Program-made: the position numbers and the translations under genes
In this document: positions 41,601 to 55,376 of the stretch, piece by piece
Layout of the letters: each line of letters opens with the position of its first letter
Numbering within the stretch: the first letter of the stretch is position 1
Notes under the pieces: generated by a model
The model's database searches: none
What the model was told of the DNA's origin: nothing
What the model saw: only the letters and a program-made list of their open reading frames with translations
Assembly (NCBI RefSeq): GCF_009914755.1
Contig: NC_060944.1
Origin: the human T2T-CHM13v2.0 reference genome, Homo sapiens
Direction: 5' to 3' (one strand)
DNA length: 64,000 nt

Positions 41601-44600
41601 TCTAGACAGAAGCATTCTCAGAAACTTCTTTGGGATGTTTCAATTGAAGTCACAGTGTTGAACATTCCCTTTCACAGAGCAGGTTTGGAACACTCTTTTT
41701 GTAGTGTCTATAAGTGAACATTTGGCGTGCTTTCAGGCCTAACGTGAAAAAGGAAATATCTTCCCATAAAAACTAGACAGAAGCATTCTCAGAAACTTGT
41801 TCTTGATGTGTCCCCTCTACTGACAGAGTTGAACCTTTCTTTGCAAAGAGCAGCTTTGAAACACTCTTTTTGTAGAATCTGCAAGAGGATATTTGGATAG
41901 CTTGGAGGATTTCGTTGGAAACGGGTATGTCTTCAGATAAACTCTAGACAGAAGCATTCTCAGAAACTTCTTTGGGATGTTGCATTCAAGTCACAGAGTA
42001 GAACATTCCCATTCATAGAGCAGATTTGAAACACTCTTTTTGTAGTATCTGGAAGTGGACATTTGGAGCGCTTTCAGGCCTATGTTGAAAAAGGAAATAT
42101 CTTCCCATAAAAACTAGACGGAAGCATTCTCAGAAACTTATTTGTGATGTGTTTGCTCAACTAACAGGATTGAACCATCGTTTTGAAGGAGCAGTTTTGA
42201 AACACTGTTTTCGTGGAATCTGCAAGTGGATATTTGGCTAGCTTTGAGGATTTCGTTGGAAACGGGATTACATATAAAAAGGAGACAGCAGCATTCTCAG
42301 AAACTTCTTTGTGATGTCTGCATTCAATTCACAGAGTTGAGCATTCCCTTTCATAGAGCAGGTTGGAAACACTCTTTTTGTAGTATCTGGATGAGGACAT
42401 TTGGAGCGCTTTCAGGCGTATGGTGAAAAAGGAAATATCTTCCCGTAAAAACTAGACAGAAGCATTCTCAGAAGTTTATTTGTGATGTGTGCCCTCAACT
42501 AACAGAGTTGAACCTTTCTTTTGATAGAGCAGTTTTGAAACACTCTTTTTGTAAAATCTGCAAGAGGATATTTGGATAGCTTTGAGGATTTCGTTGCAAA
42601 CGGGAATGGTTTCATATAAACTCTAGACAGAAGCATTCTCAGAAACTTCGTTGGGATGTTTCGATTGAAGTCCCAGTGTTGAACATTCCCTTTTATAGAG
42701 CAGGTTGGAAACACTCTTTCTGCATTCCCTGGAAGTGGACATTTGGAGCGCTTTCAGGACGACGGTGAAAATGGAAATATCTTCCAAGAAAATCTAGATA
42801 GAAGCAACGTCAGAAACTTTTATGTGATGGATCTACTCAGCTAACAGAGTTGAACCTTTCTTTTGAGAGAGCAGTTTTGCAACACTCTTTTTGTGGAATA
42901 TGCAAGTGGATATTAGGGCAGCTTTGAGGATTTCGTTGGAAACGGGAATACATGTAAAAAGCAGACAGCAGCATTCTCAGAAACTTCTTTGTGATGTTTG
43001 CATTGAAGTCACAGAGTTGAACATTCCCTTTGAGAGAGCAGGTTTGAAACACGCCTTTTGTCATATCTGGAAGTGTCCATTCGGAGCGCATTCAGGCTTG
43101 TGTTGAAAAAGGAAATATCCTCCCATAAAAACTAGACAGAAGCATTCTCAGAAACTTATCTGTGATGTATGTACTCAACTAACAGAACTAAACCATCGTT
43201 TTGAAGGAGCAGTTTTGAAACACTCTTTTTGCGGAATCTGCAAGTGGATATTTGGCTAGCTGGGAGGATTTCGTTGGAAACGGGATTACATACAAAAAGC
43301 AGACAGCAGCATTCTCAGAAACTTCTTTGTGATGTTTGCATTCAAGTCACAGAGTTGAACATTCCCTTTCATAGAGCAGGTTTGAAACACTCTTTTTGTA
43401 GTATCTGGATGTGGACATTTGGATCGCTTTCAGGCCTATGGTGAAAAAGGAAATATCTTCCCATGAAAACTAGACAGAAGCATTCTCAGAAACTTATTTG
43501 TGATGTGTGCCCTCAACTGACAGTGTTGAACCTTTGTTTTGATAGAGCAGTTCTGAAACACACTTTTTGTAAAATCTGCAAGAGGATATTTGGATAGCTT
43601 TGAGGATTTCGTTGGAAACGGGAATGTCTTCATGTAAACTCTAGACAGAAGCATTCTCAGAAACTGCTTTGGGATGTTTCAATTGAAGTCCCAGTGTTGA
43701 ACATTCCCATTCATAGAGCAGGTTTGAAACACTCTTTTTGTACTATCTGGAAGTGGACATTTGGAGCGCTTTCAGGTCTACGGTGAAAAAGGAGATATCT
43801 TCCAATAAAAACTAGATAGAAGCAATGTCAGAACTTTTTTCATGATGTATCTACTCAGCAAACAGAGTTGAACCTTTCTTTTGAGAGAGCAGTTTTGAAA
43901 CACTCTTTTTGTGGAATATGCAAGTGGGTATTAGGCCAGCTTGGAGGATTTCGTTGGAAACGGGAATACGTATAAAAAGCAGACAGCAGCATTGTCAGAA
44001 ACTACTTTGTGATGTTTGCATTCAAGTCACAGAATTGAACACTCCCTTTCACAGAGCAGGTTTGAAACACTCTTTTTGTAGTGTCTGTAAGTGAACATTT
44101 GGATTGCTTTCAGGCCTAAGGTGAAAAAGGAAATATCTTCCCATAAAAACTAGACAGAAGCATTCTCAGAAACTTGTTTGTGATGTGTGCCCTCTACTGA
44201 CAGAGTTGAACCTTTCTTTGCAAAGAGCAGTTTTGAAACACTCTTTTTGTAGAATCTGCAAGAGGATATTTGGATAGTTTTGAGGATTTCTTGGGAAACG
44301 GGAATGTCTTCAGATAAACTCTAGACAGAAGCATTCTCAGAAACTTCTTTGGGATGTTTCAATTGCAGTCACAGTGTTGAACATTCCCTTTCACAGAGCA
44401 GGTTTGAAACACTCTTTTTATAGTGTCTATAAGTGAACATTTGGCGTGCTTTCAGGCCTAACGTGAAAAAGGAAATATCTTCCCATAAAAACTAGACAGA
44501 AGCATTCTCAGAAACTTGTTCGTGATGTGTGCCCTGTACTGACAGAGTTGAACCTTTCTTTGCAAAGAGCAGCTTTGAAACACTCTTTTTGTAGAATCTG

Positions 44601-44843
44601 CAAGAGGATATTTGGATAGCTTTGAGGATTTCGTTGGAAACGGGTATGTCTTCAGATAAACTCTAGACAGAAGCATTCTCAGAAACTTCTTTGGGATGTT
44701 GCATTCAAGTCACTGAGTAGAACATTCCCATTCATAGAGCAGATTTGAAGCACTCTTTTTGTAGTATCTGGAAGTGGACATTTGGAGCGCTTTCAGGCCT
44801 ATGTTGAAAAAGGAAATATCTTCCCATAAAAACTAGACGGAAG

Positions 44844-47561
44844 CATTCTCAGAAACTTATTTGTGATGTGTTTGCTCAACTAACAGGATTGAACCATCGT
44901 TTTGAAGGAGCAGTTTTGAAACACTGTTTTCGTGGAATCTGCAAGTGGATATTTGGCTAGCTTTGAGGATTTCGTTGGAAACGGGATTACATATAAAAAG
45001 GAGACAGCAGCATTCTCAGAAACTTCTTTGTGATGTCTGCATTCAATTCACAGAGTTGAGCATTCCCTTTCATAGAGCAGGTTGGAAACACTCTTTTTGT
45101 AGTATCTGGATGAGGACATTTGGAGCGCTTTCAGGCGTATGGTGAAAAAGGAAATATCTTCCCGTAAAAACTAGACAGAAGCATTCTCAGAAGTTTATTT
45201 GTGATGTGTGCCCTCAACTAACAGAGTTGAACCTTTCTTTTGATAGAGCAGTTTTGAAACACTCTTTTTGTAAAATCTGCAAGAGGATATTTGGATAGCT
45301 TTGAGGATTTCGTTGCAAACGGGAATGGTTTCATATAAACTCTAGACAGAAGCATTCTCAGAAACTTCGTTGGGATGTTTCGATTGAAGTCCCAGTGTTG
45401 AACATTCCCTTTTATAGAGCAGGTTGGAAACACTCTTTCTGCATTCCCTGGAAGTGGACATTTGGAGCGCTTTCAGGACGACGGTGAAAATGGAAATATC
45501 TTCCAAGAAAATCTAGATAGAAGCAACGTCAGAAACTTTTATGTGATGGATCTACTCAGCTAACAGAGTTGAACCTTTCTTTTGAGAGAGCAGTTTTGCA
45601 ACACTCTTTTTGTGGAATATGCAAGTGGATATTAGGGCAGCTTTGAGGATTTCGTTGGAAACGGGAATACATGTAAAAAGCAGACAGCAGCATTCTCAGA
45701 AACTTCTTTGTGATGTTTGCATTGAAGTCACAGAGTTGAACATTCCCTTTGAGAGAGCAGGTTTGAAACACGCCTTTTGTCATATCTGGAAGTGTCCATT
45801 CGGAGCGCATTCAGGCTTGTGTGGAAAAGGAAATATCCTCCCATAAAAACTAGACAGAAGCATTCTCAGAAACTTATCTGTGATGTATGTACTCAACTAA
45901 CAGAACTAAACCATCGTTTTGAAGGAGCAGTTTTGAAACACTCTTTTTGCGGAATCTGCAACTGGATATTTGGCTAGCTGGGAGGATTTCGTTGGAAACG
46001 GGATTACATACAAAAAGCAGACAGCAGCATTCTCAGAAACTTCTTTGTGATGTTTGCATTCAAGTCACAGAGTTGAACATTCCCTTTCATAGAGCAGGTT
46101 TGAAACACTCTTTTTGTAGTATCTGGATGTGGACATTTGGATCGCTTTCAGGCCTATGGTGAAAAAGGAAATATCTTCCCATGAAAACTAGACAGAAGCA
46201 TTCTCAGAAACTTATTTGTGATGTGTGCCCTCAACTGACAGTGTTGAACCTTTGTTTTGATAGAGCAGTTCTGAAACACACTTTTTGTAAAATCTGCAAG
46301 AGGATATTTGGATAGCTTTGAGGATTTCGTTGGAAACGGGAATGTCTTCATGTAAACTCTGGACAGAAGCATTCTCAGAAACTGCTTTGGGATGTTTCAA
46401 TTGAAGTCCCAGTGTTGAACATTCCCATTCATAGAGCAGGTTTGAAACACTCTTTTTGTACTATCTGGAAGTGGACATTTGGAGCGCTTTCAGGTCTACG
46501 GTGAAAAAGGAGATATCTTCCAATAAAAACTAGATAGAAGCAATGTCAGAACTTTTTTCATGATGTATCTACTCAGCAAACAGAGTTGAACCTTTCTTTT
46601 GAGAGAGCAGTTTTGAAACACTCTTTTTGTGGAATATGCAAGTGGGTATTAGGCCAGCTTGGAGGATTTCGTTGGAAACGGGAATACGTATAAAAAGCAG
46701 ACAGCAGCATTGTCAGAAACTACTTTGTGATGTTTGCATTCAAGTCACAGAATTGAACACTCCCTTTCACAGAGCAGGTTTGAAACACTCTTTTTGTAGT
46801 GTCTGTAAGTGAACATTTGGATTGCTTTCAGGCCTAAGGTGAAAAAGGAAATATCTTCCCATAAAAACTAGACAGAAGCATTCTCAGAAACTTGTTTGTG
46901 ATGTGTGCCCTCTACTGACAGAGTTGAACCTTTCTTTGCAAAGAGCAGTTTTGAAACACTCTTTTTGTAGAATCTGCAAGAGGATATTTGGATAGTTTTG
47001 AGGATTTCTTGGGAAACGGGAATGTCTTCAGATAAACTCTAGACAGAAGCATTCTCAGAAACTTCTTTGGGATGTTTCAATTGCAGTCACAGTGTTGAAC
47101 ATTCCCTTTCACAGAGCAGGTTTGAAACACTCTTTTTATAGTGTCTATAAGTGAACATTTGGCGTGCTTTCAGGCCTAACGTGAAAAAGGAAATATCTTC
47201 CCATAAAAACTAGACAGAAGCATTCTCAGAAACTTGTTCGTGATGTGTGCCCTGTACTGACAGAGTTGAACCTTTCTTTGCAAAGAGCAGCTTTGAAACA
47301 CTCTTTTTGTAGAATCTGCAAGAGGATATTTGGATAGCTTTGAGGATTTCGTTGGAAACGGGTATGTCTTCAGATAAACTCTAGACAGAAGCATTCTCAG
47401 AAACTTCTTTGGGATGTTGCATTCAAGTCACAGAGTAGAACATTCCCATTCATAGAGCAGATTTGAAACACTCTTTTTGTAGTATCTGGAAGTGGACATT
47501 TGGAGCGCTTTCAGGCCTATGTTGAAAAAGGAAATATCTTCCCATAAAAACTAGACGGAAG
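44844..47561 (+). repeat. 16-mer HOR copy with a 1-bp deletion (2,718 bp)
   Basis: Marker spacing 44945 to 47663 = 2,718. GTGGAAAAGG at 45821..45830 replaces GTTGAAAAAGG. Confidence 0.9.
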
Positions 47562-49385
47562 CATTCTCAGAAACTTATTTGTGATGTGTTTGCTCAACTA
47601 ACAGGATTGAACCATCGTTTTGAAGGAGCAGTTTTGAAACACTGTTTTCGTGGAATCTGCAAGTGGATATTTGGCTAGCTTTGAGGATTTCGTTGGAAAC
47701 GGGATTACATATAAAAAGGAGACAGCAGCATTCTCAGAAACTTCTTTGTGATGTCTGCATTCAATTCACAGAGTTGAGCATTCCCTTTCATAGAGCAGGT
47801 TGGAAACACTCTTTTTGTAGTATCTGGATGAGGACATTTGGAGCGCTTTCAGGCGTATGGTGAAAAAGGAAATATCTTCCCGTAAAAACTAGACAGAAGC
47901 ATTCTCAGAAGTTTATTTGTGATGTGTGCCCTCAACTAACAGAGTTGAACCTTTCTTTTGATAGAGCAGTTTTGAAACACTCTTTTTGTAAAATCTGCAA
48001 GAGGATATTTGGATAGCTTTGAGGATTTCGTTGCAAACGGGAATGGTTTCATATAAACTCTAGACAGAAGCATTCTCAGAAACTTCGTTGGGATGTTTCG
48101 ATTGAAGTCCCAGTGTTGAACATTCCCTTTTATAGAGCAGGTTGGAAACACTCTTTCTGCATTCCCTGGAAGTGGACATTTGGAGCGCTTTCAGGACGAC
48201 GGTGAAAATGGAAATATCTTCCAAGAAAATCTAGATAGAAGCAACGTCAGAAACTTTTATGTGATGGATCTACTCAGCTAACAGAGTTGAACCTTTCTTT
48301 TGAGAGAGCAGTTTTGCAACACTCTTTTTGTGGAATATGCAAGTGGATATTAGGGCAGCTTTGAGGATTTCGTTGGAAACGGGAATACATGTAAAAAGCA
48401 GACAGCAGCATTCTCAGAAACTTCTTTGTGATGTTTGCATTGAAGTCACAGAGTTGAACATTCCCTTTGAGAGAGCAGGTTTGAAACACGCCTTTTGTCA
48501 TATCTGGAAGTGTCCATTCGGAGCGCATTCAGGCTTGTGTTGAAAAAGGAAATATCCTCCCATAAAAACTAGACAGAAGCATTCTCAGAAACTTATCTGT
48601 GATGTATGTACTCAACTAACAGAACTAAACCATCGTTTTGAAGGAGCAGTTTTGAAACACTCTTTTTGCGGAATCTGCAAGTGGATATTTGGCTAGCTGG
48701 GAGGATTTCGTTGGAAACGGGATTACATACAAAAAGCAGACAGCAGCATTCTCAGAAACTTCTTTGTGATGTTTGCATTCAAGTCACAGAGTTGAACATT
48801 CCCTTTCATAGAGCAGGTTTGAAACACTCTTTTTGTAGTATCTGGATGTGGACATTTGGATCGCTTTCAGGCCTATGGTGAAAAAGGAAATATCTTCCCA
48901 TGAAAACTAGACAGAAGCATTCTCAGAAACTTATTTGTGATGTGTGCCCTCAACTGACAGTGTTGAACCTTTGTTTTGATAGAGCAGTTCTGAAACACAC
49001 TTTTTGTAAAATCTGCAAGAGGATATTTGGATAGCTTTGAGGATTTCGTTGGAAACGGGAATGTCTTCATGTAAACTCTGGACAGAAGCATTCTCAGAAA
49101 CTGCTTTGGGATGTTTCAATTGAAGTCCCAGTGTTGAACATTCCCTTTCATAGAGCAGGTTTGAAACACTCTTTTTGTACTATCAGGAAGTGGACATTTG
49201 GAGCGCTTTCAGGTCTACGGTGAAAAAGGAGATATCTTCCAATAAAAACTAGATAGAAGCAATGTCAGAACTTTTTTCATGATGTATCTACTCAGCAAAC
49301 AGAGTTGAACCTTTCTTTTGAGAGAGCAGTTTTGAAACACTCTTTTTGTGGAATATGCAAGTGGGTATTAGGCCAGCTTGGAGGA

Positions 49386-49402
49386 TTTCGTTGGAAAGGG
49401 GA
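49386..49402 (+). other. CENP-B box inactivated by a private SNV
   Basis: TTTCGTTGGAAAGGGGA: C>G at 49398 destroys the essential CGGG. The ORF track shows it as ET>ER in 49346..49531. Confidence 0.85.
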
Positions 49403-52400
49403 ATACGTATAAAAAGCAGACAGCAGCATTGTCAGAAACTACTTTGTGATGTTTGCATTCAAGTCACAGAATTGAACACTCCCTTTCACAGAGCAGGTTT
49501 GAAACACTCTTTTTGTAGTGTCTGTAAGTGAACATTTGGATTGCTTTCAGGCCTAAGGTGAAAAAGGAAATATCTTCCCATAAAAACTAGACAGAAGCAT
49601 TCTCAGAAACTTGTTTGTGATGTGTGCCCTCTACTGACAGAGTTGAACCTTTCTTTGCAAAGAGCAGTTTTGAAACACTCTTTTTGTAGAATCTGCAAGA
49701 GGATATTTGGATAGTTTTGAGGATTTCTTGGGAAACGGGAATGTCTTCAGATAAACTCTAGACAGAAGCATTCTCAGAAACTTCTTTGGGATGTTTCAAT
49801 TGCAGTCACAGTGTTGAACATTCCCTTTCACAGAGCAGGTTTGAAACACTCTTTTTATAGTGTCTATAAGTGAACATTTGGCGTGCTTTCAGGCCTAACG
49901 TGAAAAAGGAAATATCTTCCCATAAAAACTAGACAGAAGCATTCTCAGAAACTTGTTCGTGATGTGTGCCCTGTACTGACAGAGTTGAACCTTTCTTTGC
50001 AAAGAGCAGCTTTGAAACACTCTTTTTGTAGAATCTGCAAGAGGATATTTGGATAGCTTTGAGGATTTCGTTGGAAACGGGTATGTCTTCAGATAAACTC
50101 TAGACAGAAGCATTCTCAGAAACTTCTTTGGGATGTTGCATTCAAGTCACAGAGTAGAACATTCCCATTCATAGAGCAGATTTGAAACACTCTTTTTGTA
50201 GTATCTGGAAGTGGACATTTGGAGCGCTTTCAGGCCTATGTTGAAAAAGGAAATATCTTCCCATAAAAACTAGACGGAAGCATTCTCAGAAACTTATTTG
50301 TGATGTGTTTGCTCAACTAACAGGATTGAACCATCGTTTTGAAGGAGCAGTTTTGAAACACTGTTTTCGTGGAATCTGCAAGTGGATATTTGGCTAGCTT
50401 TGAGGATTTCGTTGGAAACGGGATTACATATAAAAAGGAGACAGCAGCATTCTCAGAAACTTCTTTGTGATGTCTGCATTCAATTCACAGAGTTGAGCAT
50501 TCCCTTTCATAGAGCAGGTTGGAAACACTCTTTTTGTAGTATCTGGATGAGGACATTTGGAGCGCTTTCAGGCGTATGGTGAAAAAGGAAATATCTTCCC
50601 GTAAAAACTAGACAGAAGCATTCTCAGAAGTTTATTTGTGATGTGTGCCCTCAACTAACAGAGTTGAACCTTTCTTTTGATAGAGCAGTTTTGAAACACT
50701 CTTTTTGTAAAATCTGCAAGAGGATATTTGGATAGCTTTGAGGATTTCGTTGCAAACGGGAATGGCTTCATATAAACTCTAGACAGAAGCATTCTCAGAA
50801 ACTTCGTTGGGATGTTTCGATTGAAGTCCCAGTGTTGAACATTCCCTTTTATAGAGCAGGTTGGAAACACTCTTTCTGCATTCCCTGGAAGTGGACATTT
50901 GGAGCGCTTTCAGGACGATGGTGAAAATGGAAATATCTTCCAAGAAAATCTAGATAGAAGCAATGTCAGAAACTTTTATGTGATGGATCTACTCAGCTAA
51001 CAGAGTTGAACCTTTCTTTTGAGAGAGCAGTTTTGCAACACTCTTTTTGTGGAATATGCAAGTGGATATTAGGGCAGCTTTGAGGATTTCGTTGGAAACG
51101 GGAATACATGTAAAAAGCAGACAGCAGCATTCTCAGAAACTTCTTTGTGATGTTTGCATTGAAGTCACAGAGTTGAACATTCCCTTTGAGAGAGCAGGTT
51201 TGAAACACGCCTTTTGTCATATCTGGAAGTGTCCATTCGGAGCGCATTCAGGCTTGTGTTGAAAAAGGAAATATCCTCCCATAAAAACTAGACAGAAGCA
51301 TTCTCAGAAACTTATCTGTGATGTATGTACTCAACTAACAGAACTAAACCATCGTTTTGAAGGAGCAGTTTTGAAACACTCTTTTTGCGGAATCTGCAAG
51401 TGGATATTTGGCTAGCTGGGAGGATTTCGTTGGAAACGGGATTACATACAAAAAGCAGACAGCAGCATTCTCAGAAACTTCTTTGTGATGTTTGCATTCA
51501 AGTCACAGAGTTGAACATTCCCTTTCATAGAGCAGGTTTGAAACACTCTTTTTGTAGTATCTGGATGTGGACATTTGGATCGCTTTCAGGCCTATGGTGA
51601 AAAAGGAAATATCTTCCCATGAAAACTAGACAGAAGCATTCTCAGAAACTTATTTGTGATGTGTGCCCTCAACTGACAGTGTTGAACCTTTGTTTTGATA
51701 GAGCAGTTCTGAAACACACTTTTTGTAAAATCTGCAAGAGGATATTTGGATAGCTTTGAGGATTTCGTTGGAAACGGGAATGTCTTCATGTAAACTCTAG
51801 ACAGAAGCATTCTCAGAAACTGCTTTGGGATGTTTCAATTGAAGTCCCAGTGTTGAACATTCCCATTCATAGAGCAGGTTTGAAACACTCTTTTTGTACT
51901 ATCTGGAAGTGGACATTTGGAGCGCTTTCAGGTCTACGGTGAAAAAGGAGATATCTTCCAATAAAAACTAGATAGAAGCAATGTCAGAACTTTTTTCATG
52001 ATGTATCTACTCAGCAAACAGAGTTGAACCTTTCTTTTGAGAGAGCAGTTTTGAAACACTCTTTTTGTGGAATATGCAAGTGGGTATTAGGCCAGCTTGG
52101 AGGATTTCGTTGGAAACGGGAATACGTATAAAAAGCAGAGAGCAGCATTGTCAGAAACTACTTTGTGATGTTTGCATTCAAGTCACAGAATTGAACACTC
52201 CCTTTCACAGAGCAGGTTTGAAACACTCTTTTTGTAGTGTCTGTAAGTGAACATTTGGATTGCTTTCAGGCCTAAGGTGAAAAAGGAAATATCTTCCCAT
52301 AAAAACTAGACAGAAGCATTCTCAGAAACTTGTTTGTGATGTGTGCCCTCTACTGACAGAGTTGAACCTTTCTTTGCAAAGAGCAGTTTTGAAACACTCT

Positions 52401-52999
52401 TTTTGTAGAATCTGCAAGAGGATATTTGGATAGTTTTGAGGATTTCTTGGGAAACGGGAATGTCTTCAGATAAACTCTAGACAGAAGCATTCTCAGAAAC
52501 TTCTTTGGGATGTTTCAATTGAAGTCACAGTGTTGAACATTCCCTTTCACAGAGCAGGTTTGAAACACTCTTTTTATAGTGTCTATAAGTGAACATTTGG
52601 CGTGCTTTCAGGCCTAACGTGAAAAAGGAAATATCTTCCCATAAAAACTAGACAGAAGCATTCTCAGAAACTTGTTCGTGATGTGTGCCCTCTACTGACA
52701 GAGTTGAACCTTTCTTTGCAAAGAGCAGCTTTGAAACACTCTTTTTGTAGAATCTGCAAGAGGATATTTGGATAGCTTGGAGGATTTCGTTGGAAACGGG
52801 TATGTCTTCAGATAAACTCTAGACAGAAGCATTCTCAGAAACTTCTTTGGGATGTTGCATTCAAGTCACAGAGTAGAACATTCCCATTCATAGAGCAGAT
52901 TTGAAACACTCTTTTTGTAGTATCTGGAAGTGGACATTTGGAGCGCTTTCAGGCCTAGGTTGAAAAAGGAAATATCTTCCCATAAAAACTAGACGGAAG

Positions 53000-55376
53000 C
53001 ATTCTCAGAAACTTATTTGTGATGTGTTTGCTCAACTAACAGGATTGAACCATCGTTTTGAAGGAGCAGTTTTGAAACACTGTTTTCGTGGAATCTGCAA
53101 GTGGATATTTGGCTAGCTTTGAGGATTTCGTTGGAAACGGGATTACATATAAAAAGGAGACAGCAGCATTCTCAGAAACTTCTTTGTGATGTCTGCATTC
53201 AATTCACAGAGTTGAGCATTCCCTTTCATAGAGCAGGTTGGAAACACTCTTTTTGTAGTATCTGGATGAGGACATTTGGAGCGCTTTCAGGCGTATGGTG
53301 AAAAAGGAAATATCTTCCCGTAAAAACTAGACAGAAGCATTCTCAGAAGTTTATTTGTGATGTGTGCCCTCAACTAACAGAGTTGAACCTTTCTTTTGAT
53401 AGAGCAGTTTTGAAACACTCTTTTTGTAAAATCTGCAAGAGGATATTTGGATAGCTTTGAGGATTTCGTTGCAAACGGGAATGGTTTCATATAAACTCTA
53501 GACAGAAGCATTCTCAGAAACTTCGTTGGGATGTTTCGATTGAAGTCCCAGTGTTGAACATTCCCTTTTATAGAGCAGGTTGGAAACACTCTTTCTGCAT
53601 TCCCTGGAAGTGGACATTTGGAGCGCTTTCAGGACGACGGTGAAAATGGAAATATCTTCCAAGAAAATCTAGATAGAAGCAACGTCAGAAACTTTTATGT
53701 GATGGATCTACTCAGCTAACAGAGTTGAACCTTTCTTTTGAGAGAGCAGTTTTGCAACACTCTTTTTGTGGAATATGCAAGTGGATATTAGGGCAGCTTT
53801 GAGGATTTCGTTGGAAACGGGAATACATGTAAAAAGCAGACAGCAGCATTCTCAGAAACTTCTTTGTGATGTTTGCATTGAAGTCACAGAGTTGAACATT
53901 CCCTTTGAGAGAGCAGGTTTGAAACACGCCTTTTGTCATATCTGGAAGTGTCCATTCGGAGCGCATTCAGGCTTGTGTTGAAAAAGGAAATATCCTCCCA
54001 TAAAAACTAGACAGAAGCATTCTCAGAAACTTATCTGTGATGTATGTACTCAACTAACAGAACTAAACCATCGTTTTGAAGGAGCAGTTTTGAAACACTC
54101 TTTTTGCGGAATCTGCAAGTGGATATTTGGCTAGCTGGGAGGATTTCGTTGGAAACGGGATTACATACAAAAAGCAGACAGCAGCATTCTCAGAAACTTC
54201 TTTGTGATGTTTGCATTCAAGTCACAGAGTTGAACATTCCCTTTCATAGAGCAGGTTTGAAACACTCTTTTTGTAGTATCTGGATGTGGACATTTGGATC
54301 GCTTTCAGGCCTATGGTGAAAAAGGAAATATCTTCCCATGAAAACTAGACAGAAGCATTCTCAGAAACTTATTTGTGATGTGTGCCCTCAACTGACAGTG
54401 TTGAACCTTTGTTTTGATAGAGCAGTTCTGAAACACACTTTTTGTAAAATCTGCAAGAGGATATTTGGATAGCTTTTTGGATTTCGTTGGAAACGGGAAT
54501 GTCTTCATGTAAACTCTGGACAGAAGCATTCTCAGAAACTGCTTTGGGATGTTTCAATTGAAGTCCCAGTGTTGAACATTCCCTTTCATAGAGCAGGTTT
54601 GAAACACTCTTTTTGTACTATCTGGAAGTGGACATTTGGAGCGCTTTCAGGTCTACGGTGAAAAAGGAGATATCTTCCAATAAAAACTAGATAGAAGCAA
54701 TGTCAGAACTTTTTTCATGATGTATCTACTCAGCAAACAGAGTTGAACCTTTCTTTTGAGAGAGCAGTTTTGAAACACTCTTTTTGTGGAATATGCAAGT
54801 GGGTATTAGGCCAGCTTGGAGGATTTCGTTGGAAACGGGAATACGTATAAAAAGCAGACAGCAGCATTGTCAGAAACTACTTTGTGATGTTTGCATTCAA
54901 GTCACAGAATTGAACACTCCCCTTCACAGAGCAGGTTTGAAACACTCTTTTTGTAGTGTCTGTAAGTGAACATTTGGATTGCTTTCAGGCCTAAGGTGAA
55001 AAAGGAAATATCTTCCCATAAAAACTAGACAGAAGCATTCTCAGAAACTTGTTTGTGATGTGTGCCCTCTACTGACAGATTTGAACCTTTCTTTGCAAAG
55101 AGCAGCTTTGAAACACTCTTTTTGTAGAATCTGCAAGAGGATATTTGGATAGCTTGGAGGATTTCGTTGGAAACGGGTATGTCTTCAGATAAACTCTAGA
55201 CAGAAGCATTCTCAGAAACTTCTTTGGGATGTTGCATTCAAGTCACAGAGTAGAACATTCCCATTCATAGAGCAGATTTGAAACACTCTTTTTGTAGTAT
55301 CCGGAAGTGGACATTTGGAGCGCTTTCAGGCCTATGTTGAAAAAGGAAATATCTTCCCATAAAAACTAGACGGAAG
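53000..55376 (+). repeat. 14-monomer HOR variant (2,377 bp), copy 1
   Basis: Marker spacing 53101 to 55478 = 2,719-342. The hybrid monomer at about 55037..55207 starts as the dead-box monomer (GTTTGTGATG) and ends as the next live-box monomer (GCAGCTTTG ... TTCGTTGGAAACGGGTAT). Confidence 0.95.

Noticed and set aside
45610-45977. Unique longer or extra ORFs (78 aa and 66 aa) in U17
   Set aside because: They are a by-product of the 1-bp deletion/substitution at about 45823 that removes a stop codon and shifts frames. There is no evidence of coding function.
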